The notes under the pieces are model-generated. The model had not been told where the DNA came from. It saw only the letters and a program-made list of their open reading frames with translations, and did no database searches. This document shows positions 18,785 through 26,794 of a stretch of DNA of 64,000 nt, one piece after another. Position 1 is the first letter of the stretch. Each line of letters begins with the position of its first letter. A program made the translations under genes and the position numbers. The stretch is taken from assembly GCA_963764165.1 (NCBI GenBank), contig CAVXRD010000004.1, positions 320,001-384,000 on the forward strand, in the 5' to 3' direction. The stretch comes from an uncultured Verrucomicrobiae bacterium. Its GTDB lineage: Bacteria > Verrucomicrobiota > Verrucomicrobiia > Limisphaerales > Palsa-1400.

Positions 18785-19444
18785 ATGAACTGCGGCCTCT
18801 CCAATCTCGCCACGCTCAAGGCCAACATCCTGCCGGTCAGCATGCAATCGCAGACCAGCTACGATCTGAAGCTCGCCGCCATTGGGCTGACCGTCGCCGG
18901 TTTGTTCAACCAATTTTGCAACCGCCAATTCGCCTGGGGAACCAACCTGGTCGACATCTTCACCGGCGACCGCCCGCAATGGTATGTCAGCGCCTATCCC
19001 ATCGCGACCAACAGCGACGCGAATCAATCCCCGCAGATTGCCGCTGTCAACATGAGATATTTTCTGACCGATAATTGGACGGACATTATCGGCGAGCCGC
19101 TGCAAGTCGACGCCAGCAAGGGAAAAATCCATTTCGGCTACACGCTTGGACGCGCTCCGCTGCAGGTGCAAGTCATCTACAACGGCGGCTACTGGTTCCA
19201 AACCGGCGAAGGCTCGCAAGCCGATCCCAACGTGAATCAGCCAGCGGGATCGACCGCCTTGCCGCCAGAAATTCAAGGCGCGTTCCTCCTGCAATGCGGC
19301 GAAATCTTCCGCAAAATGGATCCGTTGGGACAGGGCATCGCCGCCCGTCTCACCGAGGCCCAACTCAATGTCACCAGCGATCTCGCGCTGATCCCCCTCG
19401 TGAAACAGCTTTTGCAAAGCTACGTCCGCTTCCAAATGACATGA
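18785..19444 (+). CDS. head-tail connector (gp6-like)
   Basis: LATLKANI, FNQFCNRQF, VQVIYNGGY, LPPEIQGAFL, VKQLLQSYVR; position after the capsid gene. Confidence 0.75.
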   Translation: MNCGLSNLATLKANILPVSMQSQTSYDLKLAAIGLTVAGLFNQFCNRQFAWGTNLVDIFTGDRPQWYVSAYPIATNSDANQSPQIAAVNMRYFLTDNWTDIIGEPLQVDASKGKIHFGYTLGRAPLQVQVIYNGGYWFQTGEGSQADPNVNQPAGSTALPPEIQGAFLLQCGEIFRKMDPLGQGIAARLTEAQLNVTSDLALIPLVKQLLQSYVRFQMT

Positions 19445-19971
19445 GCGAATACGTTTCCATTTCCCCACAAGCCAGGGCGATTCTTGACAACCTCAAGAAC
19501 GCCCCCGCCAAGTGCCTTGAGCCGATGGCCAAAGCGATGGATCGCGAAAATGTTCTGACCGTCTCGCACATCCAGCGCGATTACCTCAGTTTCTCGCGCA
19601 GCGGCCCGAGCAACCCGGATGGGCTTCGTGTGCAAAGCGGATCGCTCCGACGCAGCCTGCGGGCCAGCAAGGCCACTCTCGGCCCCACCGGATTGACCAG
19701 CGGCATCGGCGGCAACGTCACTTCACGCGGCGTTAATTATCTCGCCGTGCATGAATTCGGCGCGGAGATTCCCGAACACACTATCACCGCGACGAATGCG
19801 CGTGCGCTGCATTTTTTCGTCGGCGGAAAGGAGATTTTCCGAAAGTCCGTGAAGATTCCCGCCATCACGCTTCCCGCTCGCGGCATGATTGCGCGAGGCA
19901 TTCAAGATCGCCTGGCCAATTACGGCAAAGCCATGAGCGACGCCGTGGTGAAAACATTTGGAGGCAACTGA
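19441..19971 (+). CDS. virion morphogenesis/tail completion protein (Mu G or HK97 gp10-like)
   Basis: LRVQSGSLRRSL, NYLAVHEFG, ITLPAR motifs; ATGA overlap. Confidence 0.8.
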   Translation: MSEYVSISPQARAILDNLKNAPAKCLEPMAKAMDRENVLTVSHIQRDYLSFSRSGPSNPDGLRVQSGSLRRSLRASKATLGPTGLTSGIGGNVTSRGVNYLAVHEFGAEIPEHTITATNARALHFFVGGKEIFRKSVKIPAITLPARGMIARGIQDRLANYGKAMSDAVVKTFGGN

Positions 19972-19972
19972 C

Positions 19973-20704
19973 GTGAACGCGCTTCTTCAACTGCAAGACG
20001 ACTTGCTCGACTGCCTCAATAGCGAAAGTTATTTTGACACCATTGCTGTTGCCAAGCTGCGCGACCTGGTCATCTCGCAGGAAGTCGCCGCCAGGCTCCC
20101 GCACCTCGCGGGCGCGGGCGGAAAATTAGGCTGCGGAATTATTGTCAACATGCCGGAAATTCTCGCCATCTCGCCCAACGCCACCGGGCAAAGCGAACTG
20201 ATTGTCACGCTCGATGTGGTGGAAAATCCCGAGCTTAATTTCGATCCGCTCACCGGGACACTGCTGACCTGCGAGGAAGTCTCGATGCAAGTCCGCGCCG
20301 TTCTCGATGGCATGGCACTCCAATCTTCCACCGGCTGGCAGAATTTGCACACGGATGAAAACGAACATGTCATCCAGCCGATCCCCAACATCACGAAAAT
20401 GTTCCCCGGCTGCGCGGGCTACCGCGTCACGCTGAAACTCGATTGGGCCGAAGCCTGGCAAGCGAAAGTCGCGCTCCCGATCATTTCGGGCACGCACAGC
20501 GCAGTGACGATCACCTGCGCGACGGGCGGCGCTTCGATTTACTACACCTTGGACGGCTCGTTTCCCGGCGTAACGGATGCCGAGGGAGCCGCCGTTCTTT
20601 ACGCCGCGCCGTTCGCGGCCGCAGTCGGCCAAACCGTCCGCGCCAAAGCATACATGGCGGGCAGCATCGGCAGCGATGTCCCGCTCTTAACCATCACGTC
20701 ATAG
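19973..20704 (+). CDS. putative tail terminator with a C-terminal FN3-associated/chitobiase-type domain
   Basis: GTG start after GGAGG; VTITCATGGASIYYTLDGSFP...YAAPF...VRAKAY. Confidence 0.65.
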   Translation: MNALLQLQDDLLDCLNSESYFDTIAVAKLRDLVISQEVAARLPHLAGAGGKLGCGIIVNMPEILAISPNATGQSELIVTLDVVENPELNFDPLTGTLLTCEEVSMQVRAVLDGMALQSSTGWQNLHTDENEHVIQPIPNITKMFPGCAGYRVTLKLDWAEAWQAKVALPIISGTHSAVTITCATGGASIYYTLDGSFPGVTDAEGAAVLYAAPFAAAVGQTVRAKAYMAGSIGSDVPLLTITS

Positions 20705-20713
20705 GCAAAACAC

Positions 20714-21703
20714 ATGAGCAATCCACGCCAGAACTCAATCAGGTCAGCCGGATATTTCACATGGGATTCCGCCACCGTCGCGTCAACGACATCGAACGTC
20801 ATTCAATTTGACGGCGATGCCTCGATCAAGGTTGTCAAGACAACGGACATCCTCAAGACGGCCCTGCAGGGAAACATCGACGAGACGAGCCGCGATCTCG
20901 CCGTGCAATTGACCGGGACGCCGCTTGTCTTCCCCAGCGGGCAATCCAGTTTGCTCGCCTGGATTTTTCCTTGGGCCAACTCTGTGCCCGTCCCCGGCAC
21001 AAGCCTCTTTGGATCGTCCGACGTGCCGGGTAATTTCCTCGCCAGCAATGGCGATTTGTGGAGCCTCTACAATTGCGCCGTGACAAAAATGCCGACGCTC
21101 ACCCTTGACATCGGCAAGCCCATCATCGGCCCGCTCGAAATCGTCGCCCTCATCCGCAACGGCTACGATCCTGAGACCGCCTACGCCTACTACAAAATCC
21201 AAACCGGACAGAGCTACACCAAGCCAAAGCTCGGCCAGCAAAGCGGCGATTCGCTTGGGCGCCAGCGCTACTACGGAAATTGGGCGGCCGGCAACACGGC
21301 GACGGGCAACACGACCTTCACCAATTTTGAAGCGCAGGCAGGCTGGGAGATTTCCTACGAATTGGAAATCGAGCCATTTCTTCAGCAAGGGCGCACCCGC
21401 GATTACACCCTCAGCAGTTTCCGGGCGATGGCCAAATGCATTCCCATCGGCCCGAGCATGACGGACATCGACACCTGCCAGGGCAACACCGCCATTCACG
21501 GCGCATCCCTCAGCAGCGGTGTTTGCGGCGATTTGATCATCACCGGGCAAAATATTGGCACGTTCACCATCAAGAACGCTGTGCTGAAAACGGCGGGCTA
21601 TATGTTCGGCGGCAAGCCCATCCGCAACGGCGAAATTGGATTCGTCGGAACCTTCAACCTCAGCGCCTCCACCTACACCGGCGGTCTCGGTGTGGCCGCA
21701 TAA
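20714..21703 (+). CDS. putative major tail (tube) protein
   Basis: 329 aa, beta-rich composition, position after the neck genes; no diagnostic motif. Confidence 0.5.
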   Translation: MSNPRQNSIRSAGYFTWDSATVASTTSNVIQFDGDASIKVVKTTDILKTALQGNIDETSRDLAVQLTGTPLVFPSGQSSLLAWIFPWANSVPVPGTSLFGSSDVPGNFLASNGDLWSLYNCAVTKMPTLTLDIGKPIIGPLEIVALIRNGYDPETAYAYYKIQTGQSYTKPKLGQQSGDSLGRQRYYGNWAAGNTATGNTTFTNFEAQAGWEISYELEIEPFLQQGRTRDYTLSSFRAMAKCIPIGPSMTDIDTCQGNTAIHGASLSSGVCGDLIITGQNIGTFTIKNAVLKTAGYMFGGKPIRNGEIGFVGTFNLSASTYTGGLGVAA

Positions 21704-21714
21704 CCGAAACGACT

Positions 21715-21936
21715 ATGACACTCACACAAGCGGCAGTCACCAAGATCGGCGTGGACCACATGGTTTCCGCCAACAACATGCTCAACTCCTTGAGCGCGGC
21801 CGCCAAACAAATCGCCGATCACAACGCCGACAAAAACAACAAGCCCATCGACGCCGCGCCGGTCGCAGCATCGCTGGCCGCTGTCAACACAATCATCGGC
21901 CAGATGGCCGCGCACGTCCAAACATCCGTCAAATAG
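21715..21936 (+). CDS. hypothetical protein
   Basis: MTLTQAAVTKIG..., fills the gap. Confidence 0.65.
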   Translation: MTLTQAAVTKIGVDHMVSANNMLNSLSAAAKQIADHNADKNNKPIDAAPVAASLAAVNTIIGQMAAHVQTSVK

Positions 21937-21947
21937 AAAGAAACACC

Positions 21948-22241
21948 ATGCCAGAAAAAACAATCCAAGACCTCATCACCGACGCGGAAACGCTGTTCAA
22001 CGACATCGACGCTTTCCACGCGGGAAACGACTTTGCCAAAGCGAGTCCGTTCCTGCGCGAAGCGCGGGCCAAGACCAGCATCGCGCTCGGGCAATTGAAC
22101 AATCACGCGCAATCCGAAATCACTGCAGCGAAGAAAGCCGCCGCAGCCGCCGAGAAAAAAGCAGCGGACGAAGCCGCCAAAGCCGACGCCGATCTCGCCG
22201 CGAAAACCTCCAACCCTGCGCCAGTCGCGCCGAAGCCCTAG
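21948..22241 (+). CDS. hypothetical protein, Ala/Lys-rich C-terminus
   Basis: MPEKTIQDLI...AAKKAAAAAEKKAADEAAK. Confidence 0.7.
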   Translation: MPEKTIQDLITDAETLFNDIDAFHAGNDFAKASPFLREARAKTSIALGQLNNHAQSEITAAKKAAAAAEKKAADEAAKADADLAAKTSNPAPVAPKP

Positions 22242-22250
22242 CGAAGGCGG

Positions 22251-22679
22251 ATGCGCAAAGTCACCCTCACCCCAAGCGCCGGAGGAATGCCTGTCGTCAT
22301 CTATGATGAGACGGCATCGCCCTCCGACGCTTGTGTCGAGGGGTTCAAGCCGAAGTCGATGCGCAAATTCCAAACCACGGAATTATTTCGCGGCCCATCT
22401 GTCTTCATGGCGGACCGCTTCAACCAGTGGGTGCAATGGAGCTTCACCGTCGATCACCGTTTCTCCACCTCATTGGCCGCGCAAGATTTCGCTGGCAACC
22501 GGCCTTACATCGCCAGGGCCGGAGAACTCACAATCTACAATTACGCCACGACCGGCGCATTCATCCGCTATTACAAAACCGCCTACCTCTCCGAGTGCGA
22601 GCCAGTCAAAGACGCGGGCTTGCGCCAGACTTTCAAATACACTTTGCAATTCAACTCCGTTTACTCGATGACCGCATGA
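22251..22679 (+). CDS. putative distal tail protein
   Basis: 142-aa ORF in the tail module; function by position only. Confidence 0.55.
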   Translation: MRKVTLTPSAGGMPVVIYDETASPSDACVEGFKPKSMRKFQTTELFRGPSVFMADRFNQWVQWSFTVDHRFSTSLAAQDFAGNRPYIARAGELTIYNYATTGAFIRYYKTAYLSECEPVKDAGLRQTFKYTLQFNSVYSMTA

Positions 22680-25600
22680 CAACAAAAAAAGAAATTTCCC
22701 TTCAACAGAAGCTCACAAAGGACGCAAAGGAAAATCAGATCGGCCGGGCAAAAATCTTTTCCCCCCTTCGTGTCCTTTGCGTGCTTCTGTTAATGTGTTT
22801 TTCCCTCCGTGTTTCCGCCCAGACCGATGGCACCTACATCCGCATCAGCGGTGATTCCGCCGTGCGCTATCCCGGCTCTGCAACCGACAGCAACACGCTC
22901 GAAGGCATCCAGTTTGTTCGCGGTGATTTCGTCGCCTTCGATTTCGCGCTGTATGACCGTGGAAATTACCGCTCGAACATATCCATGTTTGCGACGATCA
23001 ACCTCCAACTGTTCGCCGCGCAAAACACGACGAACGCGCCGATCCTCGCGCAATCCATCACCAATGGAACCGCGTTCTGGAATGGATTTTGCCCCAGCAA
23101 CAATTGGGTCAGCAACACGCCAGGCTTCACGAATTACAACGTGGAATTTCAATTCACCGACGCGCAAACCAGCTTCTCGCTCAACAATCAGGCCGCGCAA
23201 AGTTTCTGGCTCCGCATCTACGCCGTGACAACGGACAGCATCCCGCGCACGGTCACTTACCTCGAATGCCCGGTGACAGTTTACGACGGCCCGATCAGCC
23301 CGTTTTACACCGCGCTCAATTGGCCCATGCAGGTTTACCTAGACGGCTCGGATTTCTTAAGCCAGCAATCGACCGCCGCGCAAAATTTCGCGGCACTCAC
23401 CAATGCGCTCGTCACCGGAGGATTCAGCGGCGGCGGTGGCGGTGGTGGCGGAAATAATTTTACACCCAACTTCGACACCAATGCCGGAAAGGTAGACTTG
23501 GCCACGACGATCACGCCGACGAATGTAGCCTCGCACACGATTACCAATGGCGCGTTTTCAGTGGACGCCTTTGGGAACGTGATCGCAAACAGCCTCTCCG
23601 CTCCGGCACTGGTTATCAGCGGGAGCGGCTCGGACGCGGTCAACTATAGCGGAGGAATTCAGCAAAACACGCGTGACGCAAACTACTTCAACGGCACTGA
23701 CTGGCAGGACAACGGCCACGGCAGCCTGAGTGTCAGCAACGTGGCGGCGGCGGGAAGCATCACAGCCCAGACCAATGTCACGGTAGTGCATGGGCAATTC
23801 AATGGCAGCGGCGCGGGCCTGACTTCGGTGCCAACGAACTTCCCAGGCATCAACGCGACAAACGGAATCACGGCGGCGGGTGGCACAACGATTCTCGCCC
23901 CGACTGGCGACGTGACGGTCGGAGCCAACTTGCGCCTCGGCAGTGGGAATGTGGAATTCCCGCTCAGTGGCGGCCTTGCAGACAGCACCGTGTCACCGTA
24001 TTCCGTGGGCGGCTCCGTCACCGCCCCGCAATTCAACGCCACAAATCAATCCGTCAACGGCTCTGGATTCACCGGCGACGGCAGCGGCCTAACGAACATA
24101 CCTTCATCAGCCATTGTCGGCGGCGGCGGCTCCGGCATTGCGACCAGTGGCGGCATTGGAACAAACACATACTTGACCAACGCCACGTCCAGTGGCGAGC
24201 GCGCCACCAATTTGACCATAGTTAGCGGTAACATTTCCGGCGCCACAAATTTGCCTCCGTCAGGCTTGAGCGGCGGCAGCGCTTCCGCAGGGCAAGTGCT
24301 CGAATGGAATGGCACGGCTTGGGTTCCTACGTCCATCGCTAGCTATGTCAACATTACGAGTGAAGGCGGCGTCGGCGATGGCGTCACTGACAACACGGCG
24401 GCGGTTTCAAACGCGATGGCGGCAGCAGGAAACGGCGGGGCGATTTATTTTCCGCGCGGCAAATACAAAGTCGCTGGCAACATCAACGTCACCAATGCGA
24501 ATCTAACGATTCTCGGCGATGGTGCGGGATCGTGGGCGCTAGGTCAGGCGGACACATTTGTCTCAGCCATCATCTGGTCTAATCTCGCGACCAATTGTTT
24601 CAACGCGCAGGGAAGCTATCTCACCTTTCAGAATATCGCAGGCTTTTGGACCAACACAGCCGCGCCGACATCGGGCGCATTCGTGTGCGCCACGACAAAT
24701 GCCGACCAGGTCAACGGGGCGGTCAGCGTCAATTGGAACAACGTTTTGCTTGACGGTGGCTACCGTTGCGTGGATTACCAGGCCGGGCAGGGCTGGCAGG
24801 CGTTCAACCTGTCGTGGATTCGATGGTGGCAGGACGGAATCCGCATCAACAACTATGCCAATGTGGACGTCGGCGGTTGGAGCATTATCAACTCAGGCTG
24901 GGAGGCGCTGGGCAACGGGCACGCAGCCAACTGGAGCGCAGGCAGCCACATCTCCCGCAGCGCGATCCGCTGGGAGGGGTCAGGCGGCGGACAAATCCTC
25001 AACTCAGGCGGCGGCGCGTTTAACTGGGGCAGTTATGGAGACACTGGAGGATACACAAACGCCATCGATGTGCAGCCGCAATTTCAATCAGGGGCCGGAT
25101 CGGACACCAGCGGTTTATTTGTCAACAACTGCATTATCGACAACTGGACAGGCAACGCGATTTATACCCACTCTGGCACGGGCGCATTTGTCAGCATTCG
25201 CATTATCGCCGTGCAAGCCGAGAGCTTCGCCAATCCCGGCACGCCGATTTCTTTGACACAGGGCATCGGCAACGGCGGCCTGATCGACGGGCTGTCCATT
25301 GTCTCGGGAGGCATCAACCCAGGTGGCTATCCGGTTTATTTGCAAAACATGACCGGGGTGGATGTCGGCTACGTTGTGTCCGGGACAAGTATTTCAGGAG
25401 CCATTTTGAACAGCGGATCTACGGCGGTAACCGTGCTTCCCGATGGCACTGGATTTTACGATCCCGATCAAGGGATGCCCCAAATTCGCGAAGGCGGCTA
25501 CTTCGTTCAGTCGCAAACCAACGGCAGTTGGACGCAGTTTGCGGGCGGCTATTACACCGCTGCCAGCGGCGGCGGACTTTACTATTCCGCCAATGGCCCG

Positions 25601-26527
25601 GCCATGAGCGAGGACGTTTACAACAATTATCTCGGCGAGCCGATCACGTTTTCACTTTCTTTTTACCCGTCCAACGTGGCGGGCACCGTTTTGGGTTTCG
25701 CCTCGCAGACAAACATGGCCGAGTTCCGCAGCAAAACAGCGATGGGCTGGCTGAACATGACGAAATACGGCGGCCCGGCCGGTGCGGTTCTATTTGCCAC
25801 AAATACAGGAAATGTTGGTATTAACACCACCACTCCCGCAGCGGCGCTGACAGTCAACGGCTCGGCTGTCGTCAGTAACAATTTGCAAGTCGTCGGCGCG
25901 ATCACCGGAAGCATCAACGGCTCCAATATTACCGGAGTGCTTCAGCCGTCTCAAATGGCTAATACGAACACTTCCGGCTATCCGGCTTTATTCAGCGCAA
26001 GCACGGCTCCAAACAACGCCAACAGCCTGACGAATCTTGGCAGCCAAGCGTTCACAAATGTCTTCGCGAACACGATCACCAATACAAATGGCGTCACATG
26101 GCTCTATCCCAACAACGGTCAATTCGGCGCAACCAATTGGTGGGGAGCGAATCATTATTCCTACGATTGCACAAACACACTCCCGGCTAACACACTTGGA
26201 ACGTGGTCAATTTTCACAAATTTTAGTTCATCAGCCTATACTTATCGTTTGACGGTGAGTTTTTATGCGCATTGCATCACCAATCCTCTTGGCAGTTTCA
26301 TGCGCTCTCAGTCTGATGTTGTCGTGACTAATAATGGTACTGCCAATGGTTGCGGAGCCGCGAGCGTAACCACATTTGTGGCCAATGCGACGCTTGGCAT
26401 GTCTGGATCTGCGCTTACTCTCAACACAACGGCGGGAGGTCAAACAGGTGGTGAAATCTTATACAACCAAGGATCTGGAACTACTAACACAATTTTGGCG
26501 TGGGCGCATGTGGAGGTAAACCCCTGA
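22676..26527 (+). CDS. tailspike/receptor-binding protein with a pectate-lyase-like beta-helix and an N-terminal signal peptide
   Basis: ATGA overlap; LRVLCVLLLMCFSLRVSA-QTD; fibre-like repeats (FNGSGAGLTSVP, FTGDGSGLTNIP, GQVLEWNGTAWVP, GNVGINTTTPAAALTVNG); YVNITSEGGVGDGVTDNTAAV...IYFPRGKY. Confidence 0.85.
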   Translation: MTTKKEISLQQKLTKDAKENQIGRAKIFSPLRVLCVLLLMCFSLRVSAQTDGTYIRISGDSAVRYPGSATDSNTLEGIQFVRGDFVAFDFALYDRGNYRSNISMFATINLQLFAAQNTTNAPILAQSITNGTAFWNGFCPSNNWVSNTPGFTNYNVEFQFTDAQTSFSLNNQAAQSFWLRIYAVTTDSIPRTVTYLECPVTVYDGPISPFYTALNWPMQVYLDGSDFLSQQSTAAQNFAALTNALVTGGFSGGGGGGGGNNFTPNFDTNAGKVDLATTITPTNVASHTITNGAFSVDAFGNVIANSLSAPALVISGSGSDAVNYSGGIQQNTRDANYFNGTDWQDNGHGSLSVSNVAAAGSITAQTNVTVVHGQFNGSGAGLTSVPTNFPGINATNGITAAGGTTILAPTGDVTVGANLRLGSGNVEFPLSGGLADSTVSPYSVGGSVTAPQFNATNQSVNGSGFTGDGSGLTNIPSSAIVGGGGSGIATSGGIGTNTYLTNATSSGERATNLTIVSGNISGATNLPPSGLSGGSASAGQVLEWNGTAWVPTSIASYVNITSEGGVGDGVTDNTAAVSNAMAAAGNGGAIYFPRGKYKVAGNINVTNANLTILGDGAGSWALGQADTFVSAIIWSNLATNCFNAQGSYLTFQNIAGFWTNTAAPTSGAFVCATTNADQVNGAVSVNWNNVLLDGGYRCVDYQAGQGWQAFNLSWIRWWQDGIRINNYANVDVGGWSIINSGWEALGNGHAANWSAGSHISRSAIRWEGSGGGQILNSGGGAFNWGSYGDTGGYTNAIDVQPQFQSGAGSDTSGLFVNNCIIDNWTGNAIYTHSGTGAFVSIRIIAVQAESFANPGTPISLTQGIGNGGLIDGLSIVSGGINPGGYPVYLQNMTGVDVGYVVSGTSISGAILNSGSTAVTVLPDGTGFYDPDQGMPQIREGGYFVQSQTNGSWTQFAGGYYTAASGGGLYYSANGPAMSEDVYNNYLGEPITFSLSFYPSNVAGTVLGFASQTNMAEFRSKTAMGWLNMTKYGGPAGAVLFATNTGNVGINTTTPAAALTVNGSAVVSNNLQVVGAITGSINGSNITGVLQPSQMANTNTSGYPALFSASTAPNNANSLTNLGSQAFTNVFANTITNTNGVTWLYPNNGQFGATNWWGANHYSYDCTNTLPANTLGTWSIFTNFSSSAYTYRLTVSFYAHCITNPLGSFMRSQSDVVVTNNGTANGCGAASVTTFVANATLGMSGSALTLNTTAGGQTGGEILYNQGSGTTNTILAWAHVEVNP
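22705..22790. repeat. ACAGAAG...CTTCTGT palindromic repeat inside the tailspike 5' end
   Basis: Arms encode QKLTKDAK and LRVLCVLL. Confidence 0.88.
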
Positions 26528-26557
26528 TCCAGAGACCGATTTGAGTCCGTTCACAAT

Positions 26558-26749
26558 TTAATGAATCAAGCAGAAAATCGCAAATCCGAGGTTGGCAATC
26601 GCGGCAGAGAAAAAGCTGCCTTCCGCCAACGAAAACGCGCCGCGCGGCTTGGTCCCTCCATCTGCGTAACGGTATCGGACGCAATAGAGGAACGCGAACG
26701 CGAATAAGCAAGACTCAATGAATGATATAACAGCAAGCACTAGGCTCAT
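26558..26749 (-). CDS. small two-TM membrane protein (moron)
   Basis: MSLVLAVISFIESCLFAFAFLYCV...FFSAAIANLGFAIFCLIH fills the 267-bp gap between two tail genes; AT-richer than neighbours. Confidence 0.55.
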   Translation of the reverse strand: MSLVLAVISFIESCLFAFAFLYCVRYRYADGGTKPRGAFSLAEGSFFSAAIANLGFAIFCLIH

Positions 26750-26794
26750 GCACGGTGATATAGCCGCAAACGCGTCACTTGCCAAGTTTGGAAA

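Noticed and set aside
21948..22260. Tail-chaperone frameshift at GAAAAAAG (22154) or readthrough of TAG 22239 into the in-frame 22251 gene
   Set aside because: The A-run is not phased as a canonical X XXY YYZ site, no tape-measure gene follows, and same-frame spacing is expected one time in three
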